A stretch of DNA of 63,038 bases, the filler included, from Octopus bimaculoides (taxonomy: Eukaryota): assembly GCF_001194135.2 (NCBI RefSeq). It is 4 parts of 3 records of this genome, joined end to end, with 100 filler letters (N's around TTAATTAATTAA, not from the genome) between each part and the next. Parts side by side here need not be neighbours in the genome. Positions count along the whole stretch, not along the records: positions 1 to 21,107 come from NC_068990.1; positions 21,208 to 50,638 come from NC_068983.1; 2 more parts are not named here. The stretch is one strand, 5' to 3'. The notes under the pieces are model-generated. The model ran no database searches. It was not told where the DNA came from and worked only from the letters and a program-made list of their open reading frames with translations. Position numbers and translations under genes: made by a program. Shown one piece after another: positions 10,811 through 23,130 of this stretch (within the stretch, counting starts at the first letter, position 1; each line of letters starts with the position of its first letter).

Positions 10811-11759
10811 NNNNNNNNNNNNNNNNNNNNNNNNNNNNNNNNNNNNNNNNNNNNNNNNNNNNNNNNNNNNNNNNNNNNNNNNNNNNNNNNNNNNNNNNNN
10901 NNNNNNNNNNNNNNNNNNNNNNNNNNNNNNNNNNNNNNNNNNNNNNNNNNNNNNNNNNNNNNNNNNNNNNNNNNNNNNNNNNNNNNNNNNNNNNNNNNNN
11001 NNNNNNNNNNNNNNNNNNNNNNNNNNNNNNNNNNNNNNNNNNNNNNNNNNNNNNNNNNNNNNNNNNNNNNNNNNNNNNNNNNNNNNNNNNNNNNNNNNNN
11101 NNNNNNNNNNNNNNNNNNNNNNNNNNNNNNNNNNNNNNNNNNNNNNNNNNNNNNNNNNNNNNNNNNNNNNNNNNNNNNNNNNNNNNNNNNNNNNNNNNNN
11201 NNNNNNNNNNNNNNNNNNNNNNNNNNNNNNNNNNNNNNNNNNNNNNNNNNNNNNNNNNNNNNNNNNNNNNNNNNNNNNNNNNNNNNNNNNNNNNNNNNNN
11301 NNNNNNNNNNNNNNNNNNNNNNNNNNNNNNNNNNNNNNNNNNNNNNNNNNNNNNNNNNNNNNNNNNNNNNNNNNNNNNNNNNNNNNNNNNNNNNNNNNNN
11401 NNNNNNNNNNNNNNNNNNNNNNNNNNNNNNNNNNNNNNNNNNNNNNNNNNNNNNNNNNNNNNNNNNNNNNNNNNNNNNNNNNNNNNNNNNNNNNNNNNNN
11501 NNNNNNNNNNNNNNNNNNNNNNNNNNNNNNNNNNNNNNNNNNNNNNNNNNNNNNNNNNNNNNNNNNNNNNNNNNNNNNNNNNNNGTATATTCGTTTTATC
11601 TTATTTTATGTTTCAGCCATTAGACACCGGCCATGCTGGGGCATGAACGATAAGACCCAAGTACATATTTTTGAAGCCTGGTACTAATTCTATCCCTCTC
11701 TATTGCCGAATCGCTAGGTTACGGAGATATAAACAACACCAGTTGTGAAGCGGTGGAGT

Positions 11760-11824
<65 letters not shown>

Positions 11825-13479
11825 GTGTAACAGGCTTCTCTCAGTTTCCATCACCCAAATCCACTCACACGGCTTTGGTCGACCTGAGGATAGAGTGGAA
11901 GACATTTTAAGATTTTCTCGAGTTACCAAGACGAATAGTAATTAGCATGTGTGTGTGTGTGTTTCAATAAATGAGAGTTTAGTGACACTGATTACGAATA
12001 TCAACAATATGGCTGACGGAAAATATCTCAGGAACATTTTGAATAAAAAAATACTGACAGTAGGGTCTTGGATATGTAATATAGTGTGCTGATTAACTGA
12101 GAATATCCAAGTAATTAGTGAACTGGAAATAAAACCTCCTTTTTGTCAGCTTCGTAGTGATTGTAGCTGGAATATTTGGTAGTCCCAAATACCAATTCAC
12201 TGCCCAGAAATCGGAACGCTGTATCCGATGCAAAAACTGCTAAACAGCACGAGCACAATTCCCTCTATTATTGGTGGCATCAGCAAGCACTGACCAGCGG
12301 GATTTCCAGTAGAACAGGATTTCGCATACAATTCCATCTACTGGCGCCGTTAGCTATGTACAGATCTATTTTTCTGCTAACCAGTGGTGTCTGTAAGAGA
12401 ATAGAGGTGTACGTTTTAAGCCGATCAACTTCATGTGTAACCGTAATAGTCAAGACCAGTGGGTGATGACGACGACGACAGCGAAAACTACCTAGCTGCA
12501 AGAATTACGTTAAGATTATAGTGTTTTTCTCGACGTAGAAAAGCATTACGAATTGTTGAATTAAATAAATTAGAATTTCATACATCTTTTCTTTCGTTCG
12601 GCATGACAATAGCTTCATATTCTTTTTTTTTTTTTGTCGTCGCCAAATACGAAAAATATCTATCGTCACGGGAGTAAATGAACAGGCCAATGAGTAGAAT
12701 CTTATATCTAATCTGGAAGAGAGAATGTCGGTTGCCATTTTTTGTTGTTTAGTAATCTGTAATAATTCTAATTAAATTAGTATATTTAAGAGAATGTATA
12801 AACCGTTTGTTAAATTCTTTGATCAATGTATTTATTGAAATACATTGACTTCGAATTAAAATNNNNNNNNNNNNNNNNNNNNNNNNNNNNNNNNNNNNNN
12901 NNNNNNNNNNNNNNNNNNNNNNNNNNNNNNNNNNNNNNNNNNNNNNNNNNNNNNNNNNNNNNNNNNNNNNNNNNNNNNNNNNNNNNNNNNNNNNNNNNNN
13001 NNNNNNNNNNNNNNNNNNNNNNNNNNNNNNNNNNNNNNNNNNNNNNNNNNNNNNNNNNNNNNNNNNNNNNNNNNNNNNNNNNNNNNNNNNNNNNNNNNNN
13101 NNNNNNNNNNNNNNNNNNNNNNNNNNNNNNNNNNNNNNNNNNNNNNNNNNNNNNNNNNNNNNNNNNNNNNNNNNNNNNNNNNNNNNNNNNNNNNNNNNNN
13201 NNNNNNNNNNNNNNNNTTTCTCTTGTCAACAATCAGTTGATGTAATTTTTTAACAAAGAGTCTTCAAGCTTTATATAACTAAGGGCCCCACAAGTCTAAA
13301 TCCAGGACCGCTTACACTTTTCCACAATGGATAATGAAATATGTACCAGCGATTCACTTACAGTCAATTGAATTGACTACAGACCTCGCTCTCATCAATA
13401 AAAGTGTAATCTTAGACGGTTGAAGATGGTCCAATCTGCAGGGCGCCGGACAAAAATATCTTACATTATTTAGGGAGGT

Positions 13480-13885
13480 GAAGGCGGAAGAAATGGTTAG
13501 CGGTATTTCGCCCGTCATTACATTCTGAGTTCAAATTCCTCCAAGGTCGACTTTGCCTTTCATCCTTTCAGAGTCGATAAATTAAGTACCAGTGAAATAC
13601 TGGGACAATATAATCGACAAATTCCCCTCTCCCAAAATTCCTGGCCCTGTGTCTATAACAGAAAGGGTTATTTAGGAAGGTAGGCTGGCAGAATCATTAG
13701 AGCGAAATTTCTTTTGACTCTTCACGTTCTGGGTGCCAATACTGCCTAAGTCAACTTTACTTTCATTCTTTCGGGGTCGGTTGAATAAAGTATCAGTTAG
13801 ATACTGGAGTCGGTGGTGGTATCGACTAGCATCAGCCTCTTAATACTAGTGGTCTTGAGCCTAACTTAGAAACAATATTTAGTTG
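13480..13885 (+). mobile_element. Two tandem SINE family B copies
   Basis: B-box gagttcaaattcc plus the aggtcgactttgcctttcatcctttc...gtcgataaattaagtaccag core. Confidence 0.75.
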
Positions 13886-15071
13886 TCCTGGATTTAATTT
13901 GTATATGGGTTAACTTCGTTTTTCATCTCTTCGTGGTTGATGAAAAGGTACCTGGAATAACATAATATTCGATTTCATCGACAAGATCCGTAATTTTATA
14001 AATTTGTGGCGTTGGGCTAATGTAGGAAATCAATTGGAGGAAATGTCACTGGAGGCCCCTCGCTTGCAAAAGTGGCGCCCCTCCCCCAAGTGGAGCGGCA
14101 TGGCATATGTTTTTTCCGCCTCCGCCCCCAAGCGAGGTGCTGCCCAGGGGACATGCTTTCCTTCACCCCCGCCCTCAAGCAAGGGCCATGGGCACTGGCA
14201 TTGTGTTAGCAACATTTCATATATTTTTCACTTTCACATAATATTTTCACATAACACTTTCAGGTTAACTGCGTTAACCTGAAAGCATAGAAACTGATTC
14301 CCCACGCTCGCTCGTTTGGACAAACAAAACCTGAAATTTATTTCTATGTTAGGCTCTATCTAAATTGCCATAATGATTNNNNNNNNNNNNNNNNNNNNNN
14401 NNNNNNNNNNNNNNNNNNNNNNNNNNNNNNNNNNNNNNNNNNNNNNNNNNNNNNNNNNNNNNNNNNNNNNNNNNNNNNNNNNNNNNNNNNNNNNNNNNNN
14501 NNNNNNNNNNNNNNNNNNNNNNNNNNNNNNNNNNNNNNNNNNNNNNNNNNNNNNNNNNNNNNNNNNNNNNNNNNNNNNNNNNNNNNNNNNNNNNNNNNNN
14601 NNNNNNNNNNNNNNNNNNNNNNNNNNNNNNNNNNNNNNNNNNNNNNNNNNNNNNNNNNNNNNNNNNNNNNNNNNNNNNNNNNNNNNNNNNNNNNNNNNNN
14701 NNNNNNNNNNNNNNNNNNNNNNNNNNNNNNNNNNNNNNNNNNNNNNNNNNNNNNNNNNNNNNNNNNNNNNNNNNNNNNNNNNNNNNNNNNNNNNNNNNNN
14801 NNNNNNNNNNNNNNNNNNNNNNNNNNNNNNNNNNNNNNNNNNNNNNNNNNNNNNNNNNNNNNNNNNNNNNNNNNNNNNNNNNNNNNNNNNNNNNNNNNNN
14901 NNNNNNNNNNNNNNNNNNNNNNNNNNNNNNNNNNNNNNNNNNNNNNNNNNNNNNNNNNNNNNNNNNNNNNNNNNNNNNNNNNNNNNNNNNNNNNNNNNNN
15001 NNNNNNNNNNNNNNNNNNNNNNNNNNNNNNNNNNNTTCTTTTTCACAATAAATTTCAAATTTTGTTCAACC

Positions 15072-16476
15072 ATGGCGTCGGCTAGAAAAATCAAAAAGGT
15101 AGACAAGGAAAATTGCAGGTTTAACGAGGCATGGACAAATTTGTATTTCTTTGTGGAATCAAATACAAAATGTCTCTGTCTGATTTATGGTGAAACAGTC
15201 GCAGTTCCAAAAGTAGAGAATGTGAAACGGCATTACACATTAAAGCACGCTTTGACCCATAATCATTATGAAAAAGATCAACGCAAGGAGAAAGTGCTTT
15301 TACTTCAAATGAATTTAGTCTCGCAACAGATATTTTTTGGAAAATAGATGATGAATCGAGAAAATACGCCAAAGTAGGTTTCATCATGACTGAAAAGATT
15401 GCACGCAGCATGAAACCTTTTTCTGAAGGAGATTCTGTCAAAGAGTATTTCACCACGGCGATTGAAATTTGATGCCCAGAGAAAGAGAAAGCTATAAAAT
15501 GTGTTAGCTTGTCGCTTAATACTATGACCCGAAGGATTGAAGACCTTGCCGAAAATACATTTGAACGAACTTTGTAAAAACCTCGAAGCTTACAACATTG
15601 CCATCGACGAATCTACTGACATTACAGATACGCTGCGACTGGCGATTTTCGTGAGAGGTGTTGATACAAGTCTTAATATCACTGAAGTTTTACTTGTTCT
15701 ATGCCCTATGAAAGAAAATTGCACAGGCGCTGCTGTTTTCAAAGAAATTAATACTGCGCTCGAAAAGGCGGGACTGACTTACAATCGCCTGGTGGGAATT
15801 GCTACTGATGGTGCACCGGCGATAATCGGCAAGGAACAAGGCTTGCATGGTTTCATCCAAAGAAGACTGGAATCCCTGAACATGAGAAAGACCAAATATT
15901 GTGGTAGCATTGTATTCTACACCAGGAATCACTTTGCTCCAAAATCACTAAGTTTGATCACGTCATGGATAATATCGTGAAAGCCGCCAACTTCATTCGG
16001 AGTCGTGCATTAAATTATCGACAGTTTCGAAATTTTCTCGATGAGACAGACTCCGAATTCGCTGGCATCCCTTACTTTACCGAGATCAGGTGGCTCAGTC
16101 GTGACCGTACTTTGAAACGCTTTTACGATATTCGAGAACATGTGGCAGCATTTTTTGAAGCAAAAGGAAACTCGTGCATAAATTATTTTTTATGATCATA
16201 TACATGTAATATTTTGGAGACTATAATTTTTTGATAGCAATAACGTAGTAGAAGTAGCATCATATGTATGTACAAATTGAGTTATGAATAATAATTATAT
16301 AATGAGCAATTTCTGTAAATAAAATGATAAAATCAATATTTTCAGTTCTGAATACTTTTTCAAACCATTTCAAGTAGTTCTATTAAAAAAATGAAAGACT
16401 AGAAATGTACGTCCGGCCCACTGGCGCCGTTCTTTCTTAAATCTGGCCCATGTTCGGAAAAGGTCGGGCAGCACTG
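15072..16476 (+). mobile_element. hAT Buster/SPIN-family transposon with disrupted, C-terminally truncated transposase
   Basis: MASARKIKKVDKENCRFNEAW...CLCLIYGE...KRHY...H (BED-like), AIDESTD, IATDGAPA and WLSR motifs, with stops and frameshifts. Coding similarity ends near 16170. 3' TIR gggcagcactg at 16466-16476, followed by cttTAgtc. The 5' end probably lies in the N gap. Confidence 0.9.
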
Positions 16477-16564
16477 CTTTAGTCCTTATCTTCAAAGTTT
16501 CAGGCCTTTTGCCTATAGCAGACAAAAATCTTAAATTTTGATTAATTATAGATCTTATTTTGTT

Positions 16565-16708
16565 TCTGGGGAGAGTCTTAGTGCCTGAATATAACACACT
16601 CACCGGTTCAATTTCTACTCATTTATTTATTTATCCCAAATAAATTAATAATGAGTGGAAATTGAACCGGTGAGTGTGTTATATTAAAGCACTATGACTC
16701 TCTCCAGA
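16565..16708. repeat. 144-nt near-perfect hairpin (palindromic MITE-like)
   Basis: gagagtcttagtgcctgaatataacacactcaccggttcaatttctactcatt pairs with aatgagtggaaattgaaccggtgagtgtgttatattaaagcactatgactctc. Confidence 0.9.
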
Positions 16709-17430
16709 CACAACAAATTTGTTTCAGCACACGAATTCGCATAAGGAATCTCGCAAACCAGATGCAAAAACGAAGTATAAAACGTATGAATCTTATTTAT
16801 ATAAATCATACAAATTTTAAATCTTAATTTAGAAATATCTAAGTTTCTTATTCGTTATCCCTGACTTTAAATGTTTGAAATTATGCAAAGAATCACCAGA
16901 TTACAATTCCTTAGCAAATGATTAAATACCGAAGAGAGATTGACGGATAATTTTGCCTGTTTCAAGTATAAGTGCTGCTTTCATAAATGCTTTCTACCTT
17001 GCAGCCACAAGCTGATTTTCCAAACTATTGTAGGTTATTATGTTAAAATATCGCGAAATAAAGATACTATCAAAGATGTCCAATGACAAACGATTGTGAA
17101 TATTCATTGTAAATTTTAATAATTGAAGAACTAAGCATAGAGAAATTTCTATCTCGCCCCCTTACTATATAATATAAACTATTTTTTTAATGTTATGTGC
17201 AGTATCACATGACCAGTTTCAAAAGCTTTCATTACAGCTATTTTTTTTCATGAACAAAACGGCTCGTGATAAAACTAAATGACATGCATTATTGATAGAA
17301 AAATTATTAAATCCCCGAAGTATTCTAATGAACGTTTGTCACAAGATTCCTTCGCAGTATGATATAACCAGTTCTAAAACTTTTGACATTTGCACAATTA
17401 TTACATTAGATGTCTACACGAGACACACAA

Positions 17431-17463
<33 letters not shown>

Positions 17464-17759
17464 ACCTATTTACAAAGGTTTAAATTGGATGTGGGGAAAC
17501 TTAGTTGTTTAGGCTTTTTATATATNNNNNNNNNNNNNNNNNNNNNNNNNNNNNNNNNNNNNNNNNNNNNNNNNNNNNNNNNNNNNNNNNNNNNNNNNNN
17601 NNNNNNNNNNNNNNNNNNNNNNNNNNNNNNNNNNNNNNNNNNNNNNNNNNNNNNNNNNNNNNNNNNNNNNNNNNNNNNNNNNNNNNNNNNNNNNNNNNNN
17701 NNNNNNNNNNNNNNNNNNNNNNNNNNNNNNNNNNNNNATATATATATATATAGGTCATA

Positions 17760-18175
17760 TATATGGGCCAAACGAGCCTACTTTGAGACGCAGAGTCACG
17801 CTGCATAAAGAACAGATTCGTTTCCCTCAATACAGGCAGATAGCACTGAGCAGACATATCGACAGATGCGCAAGTAATAAAACGCCGAATTTTCCTATCT
17901 TCCCATTATACCAGTGCAAAGATTCAATCTCAGTACAAGAACGCCAAAACAAAAGTACAAACCACACTTCAATATACAAATTTGACCATGTTCAAAATTA
18001 TACTAAGGAGCCAATTGTCCCCTTTGCCACCTTTTGCCTCCCTTGGTTCACTCTCTAGACTCATTCTTCTTATTCTTCAAACATCCAAAATGACGAAACC
18101 CTTCTGTCACGAGAACTGATTACTGTGTAATGTCCTTTGAAAAGCTAATTTAAATAGCGAAAACCGGTTGGATTT
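17760..18175 (+). mobile_element. Penelope-like element 3' fragment: GIY-YIG endonuclease remnant plus terminal hammerhead-like motif
   Basis: YMGQTS-(fs)-LRRRVTLHKEQIRFPQYRQIALSRHIDRCASNKTPNFPIFPLYQ, homologous by eye to the endonuclease at 40200-40620. Confidence 0.7.
18132..18172 (+). ncRNA. Minimal hammerhead-like motif with U3/A8 core
   Basis: GTCC-T-TTGAAAA-GCTA(atttaaa)TAGC-GAA-ACCGGT-T-GGAT. Confidence 0.55.
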
Positions 18176-18761
18176 CACGACATCCATATAATATGTATAT
18201 ATTTATAAAAAGATATTAAACTATATGAAACGAAGGCATTTCTCTTCCACTTTTTATATTTTTTTCCACATATTTTCAACTCATAATTTTGGTACGTGGT
18301 GTATAGTGAATCTTCAGTATCTTTACATCTTGTATATATATATATATATGTATATACACATACATACATATATATCTTAATATGAATATATCGTAGAACA
18401 ACACAAAACTACAGTAATCGTCTTGAGAAAGCTTCTCATATAGACGTATAGTGCTAAAAAGCACCGAAGTTTATCAGTAGTAGATGAAAAGAGTCCAGCA
18501 GCGATGGTGGAATTGCTAAATACGAATTCTGCAGCCTTGCACATCATTAGTAGCATGATAATACAGGATTATTTTTCTAGTTGTATATAAACACGTTCGC
18601 ATCATTCTCTTATATGTTCCGGCCACGCTGTATTCAGTTCCCTCTTGGCCGACTGTTATTTATTACAAAGACTCAGGCGCTGTCTCTCAGCGTTGGGCGA
18701 AAAAACGAGTTGTCGCAGAAGCATATAAATGTCCTGGAGGTTTTACTGTCACGTAAATATA

Positions 18762-18969
18762 TAGTAATCCCTCGACTGTCACGGGTGTTACGTTCCAAAA
18801 CCTCCCACAGAAATAATTAAAATCTAAAAAAAAAATATAAATACCTATCGGCCGCAGAAACCCGGATATACTGAGGCGTCCGCGATATAAATCTACATAT
18901 ATTAGCTAGAAAAATCTGCGATGTACTGAGCGCGCGATAGATGAACCGCAGTATGGCGAAGGATTATTG
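18762..18969. mobile_element. Tigger/pogo-like MITE
   Basis: TA|tagtaatccctcg ... cgaaggattattg degenerate TIRs (10/13); internal cgcgatag motifs. Confidence 0.5.
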
Positions 18970-20049
18970 TGCACATATTTTCTTTATATGAGTATATTAG
19001 AAACGCATTATTTTCGTTAATTTATTTTACGTAGACAGCGGTGATAAGTATTTCTAATTAGTTGTAGAGCACTTTTAGTGAATAAATGCCGGCGGACGTC
19101 GGAGATAGGTAATACCACCGTCTTAAATCTAATGCCGAAGAGCTAAGTTATGGGGTGTGAACAAACCAACACCGGTTAACAAACAGTAGCGGGACTCACT
19201 CACGCACAAGCATACATCTATATATATATATATATATATATATATGACGAGCTTCCATACAGTTTCCGACAACCAAATTCACAAGGGTATAGTAGAAAAC
19301 ACATACCCAAGGTGCTGCGTAGTAGGATTGAACTAGAAATTACACGGTTGCAATGCAAGCTTCTTAATGACGCAGATATGCCAACAAAAGAGGAGGGGCA
19401 ATGCTCTTAACATTTTTGGGCTCTCGTAGATCGATAATATTAATACAATTGGTACCAAGCCTAAACAGCCGGAGTTCGTTACCTACATGACACATATGGG
19501 CAGGGATGGGAAACTGAGGGATGTAGTTGAGAACTTTAAAATAGAGTGAACTCTGCTAAAGACATCCAGGGACCTGGTCATTGATGACCAAAGATAAAGG
19601 TCTTAGCCCCCATTGGGACAGCGTTGTCTGACTGAACAGTCCGATGCACGAATGGGAGATTGCGACACAAGCGACTCTTATAGGCTGTCTTGGGCAGTAT
19701 AATATGGAGAATAGGTTGTTGTCCATGCAATGTGTCTCCCTTCTCTCCACGTCACTGGCAGATCCAACATCGTCATAGGAGTTGCTAGAACGAGATTGCA
19801 GACAACGTCGAACTGTTTCAGGAGTTTTTAGGCATCCTACTTTTCCTCAGAGTTTTCTCCTCGAAGCCTTTCCAATGGCTGGGTATGATTGCAAAGCAGG
19901 GAAGAATTGGAATCAGTGTTTTCCCACCCCATTCCAAGTCCGAATGACTTGCTAATAGCCGGGTCAGATTAGACCTGCTGGGAATAACAGTGGGAGAGTC
20001 ATGGGGAGAGAAGTCCTCAGGCACTTCTTCCCAAGGGTCCTGTCAGAAG

Positions 20050-20290
20050 CCACCGTCATTAGACTTTCTGTTTGGTTTCCTAAGAGTAACCAACTGAAAC
20101 TCATTCTTCGTCTACCCCTAGGTCTCCTTCCGGTTGGCTCTGCTTGAAGTATCCACCATACGATTCTTTCATATCACATTATAATCACATGTCCGTAGTA
20201 CTGCAGCTGTCACCTCTCAATGCAGTCTCCGGAGCGACTCCCTGATTTCCGAGCGATACATCCCGTCGAGTAGCGTTACTCCAGAAATAC
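20050..20290 (-). mobile_element. RTE-clade LINE C-terminal remnant
   Basis: ISGVTLLDGMYRSEIRESL...QLQYYGHVII...EPTGRRPRGRRR resembles the RTE R-W-GHV-R...G-RPRGRP motif. Confidence 0.65.
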
Positions 20291-20689
20291 TTTGAAACAA
20301 TCACACTTCAACCTCTTGTATTTGTGATCGTACGCATTCAGCCAATACCCAACATTCACAGGTGAGAATATGCACGAAAACCGAACTGAAGATAGTGAGT
20401 TTCGCTTTTTTTGTTTTACCAATCTCCCCTTTTCTGAAAAGTCATAGGCGGGGAAAATCAAAGAAAATGATGTCGCAGCGAAAAAAGCCATGATATGGGT
20501 TAAGAAAAAGGCACAGGATAAATGTAAAGTTTCATTTAAATGCCACAAATAATAGATATAATAATTTAACAAATAATATTTTAAGTTGCTCATTAAGTGA
20601 CAATACTTGTACACAATGAGAATACAATTACACAATTTGTAAGACAGCATTACACATATGTCGAAAAAAATTATTTTTGATCCCAAAAT

Positions 20690-21107
20690 TCAACTTGTAT
20701 GTGTGTGTGTGTGTGTGTACATACATATGCGTATGTATATATATATATATATGTATGTATATATACATGTGTATATACGCATGTATATATATATATATAT
20801 ACATGTGTATATACACATGTATATATATATATATATACATGTATATATATATTCATACATGTATATATATGTATATATACATATGTATATATGTATATAT
20901 ATGTATATATATACATGTAGATATATACATGTAGATATATATATATACATGTAGATATATATATATATATGTATACATGTATATATATACATGTAGATAT
21001 ATATATATATATACATGTATATATATACATGTAGATATATATATATATATACATGTAGATATATATATATATATATACATGTAGATATATATATATATAT
21101 ATATATA
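20690..21107. repeat. (TA)n/TACATG(TAGA) compound microsatellite
   Basis: Directly visible; source of the YI/IY ORFs. Confidence 0.95.
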
Positions 21108-21207
21108 NNNNNNNNNNNNNNNNNNNNNNNNNNNNNNNNNNNNNNNNNNNNTTAATTAATTAANNNNNNNNNNNNNNNNNNNNNNNNNNNNNNNNNNNNN
21201 NNNNNNN
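21108..21207. other. Artificial scaffold join (N44-TTAATTAATTAA-N44)
   Basis: Exactly 100 nt; the 12-mer gives stops in all six frames; identical constructs at 50639 and 60917. Confidence 0.92.
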
Positions 21208-21324
21208 AATATTTCCCTTTTATTCTTTTCCCCTCTCTCTCTCTCTCAATATTTCCCTTTTATTCTTTTCCCCTCTCTCTCTCTCTCAATATTTCCCTTT
21301 TATTCTTTTCCCCTCTCTCTCTCT
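21208..21324. repeat. 40-bp tandem repeat x3 at a contig edge
   Basis: aatatttcccttttattcttttcccc(tc)n starts at 21208, 21248 and 21288. Confidence 0.85.
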
Positions 21325-21678
21325 AACCAATGTGAAGCATGACTTGAGATATCAACCAACCAATATTTTGTTCTGCTATCATTCTCTAGAGATATACTAT
21401 ATTATTTGTCATAGTTTTCACTGTAAACTCTCTGTAAGTAGAGGCCAACTATAATTCAGATTTATTCATTAGTCATAATCAGTAGAGCAACATCTTAGTA
21501 TCATTTTCTTGTTTAAAAAATGACAACAAATTAATTTTCATCTGATTACTTAAACCTGTGCCATATTCCTTTTCTTTTTTTTTCATGGCTGAATTGCCAT
21601 ACCTCTACCTTTTCTATGGATTTTAAACAGTTTTATTAAAACAATTTACAAACAACTATTATTTTGTCAATTCTGTAG

Positions 21679-21750
21679 GTAATAACACGACATTTGATCA
21701 CCGGCCAGGTATGCGAGGAGGTCACCAAATGTGTATTGATCCTCTTACAG
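21679..21750 (+). CDS. MKLN1: Muskelin exon (first visible; start of kelch region); gene is 5'-partial
   Basis: tgtag|GT...ACAG|gtaaat, 72 nt, phase 1/1. Translates (G)NNTTFDHRPGMRGGHQMCIDPLT(E), matching the muskelin RPGMRGGHQM motif. Confidence 0.93.
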
Positions 21751-22325
21751 GTAAATCATTTGGATTTAGTCTCAATCTGATTTATTCTCATCAAAGTAAT
21801 GTGTCTTCTTGTAAAAGAAACAATGATTTTATTTCCTATTTTCTTTGTTTTTTATGCATTTAGAAAAAAGTTCCCTTTAAGAGTTACGTGAAAATATATC
21901 AATGTAGACTTGTGTGTGTGTGTGTGTGTGTGTGGTTGAGAAATTCACTTCCCAACCATGTGGTTTCAGGTTCAGTCCCACCTTGAGCATGTGTCTTGTA
22001 CCATAGCTCTGGGCTGATCAAAGCCTTGTTAGTGGATTTAGTTGATGGAAACTGAAAGAAGCTTGCTCTGTGTGTGTCTTCTTGCATTAATATTATGTGA
22101 TAGTTGTAAACGAGCATCACCATCATACAAGTGGTGTCTCATTTGTTTCCAGTCTTCCATGCAGACATTGCTGACCAAAAGGAAATATGACTTTACTTGG
22201 ACACAAGTGAAGGTTGGCAACAGGAAGGGCATCCAACTGCAGAAAAATCTGCCTCAACCAAGCATGGATAAGTGAATGTAAAAACACTACAACTGACCAG
22301 TTTTCTCATGTTTTTTTTTTTCTAG

Positions 22326-22505
<180 letters not shown>

Positions 22506-22935
22506 TAGAACCAATTAGCAAATTTACTAAGCCTACTGTTGTAATATTTAATTGTCAGTGATTGCTTTTTGCTTTTAGTTGAAACTAAGAATGATAACAG
22601 AGGTGAAGTTAGATGAAAGGCATCTTAATGGCAGAAATGGTTTTGTTTTTCCTTTCACCAAATTTCACAATTGGATCTGGGAACAAACATTTAACGAAAC
22701 TCTATTCATAGTCTTTAATCTGTTTGAGAAATATTTCTTGATATGAAATCTTTTTAGATTTACTTTGAAACTTATAGAGTAGAATAATATCCTGTCAATT
22801 GTAGAAATTCTCTCATCTTCTTGAAACTTGACTCATTTTATACAAAACTGGATGCTGTTACATAGAACGAGTTTCTTGAAGTGTTGTTCTGTATAAACAC
22901 AACTGTATGTAACTTGTAATTTGTGTTATTTGTAG

Positions 22936-23130
<195 letters not shown>

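Noticed and set aside
14132-14150. ggtgctgccc as the 5' TIR of the Buster element
   Set aside because: Only a partial match, no matching TSD, and embedded in a different GC-rich repeat fragment. The true 5' end is probably in the gap.
20628-21080. Tyr/Ile-rich ORFs (also 50683-51309 and 53934-54247)
   Set aside because: Translations of TA-type microsatellites.
21152-21163. TTAATTAATTAA as a homeodomain site or other biological motif
   Set aside because: It occurs three times inside identical N44 flanks, so it is an assembly linker.
21930-22060. tRNA genes at SINE heads (also 5246, 10331, 46802, 54118 and 56394)
   Set aside because: B-box-like motifs are present but there is no cloverleaf; they continue into SINE bodies.
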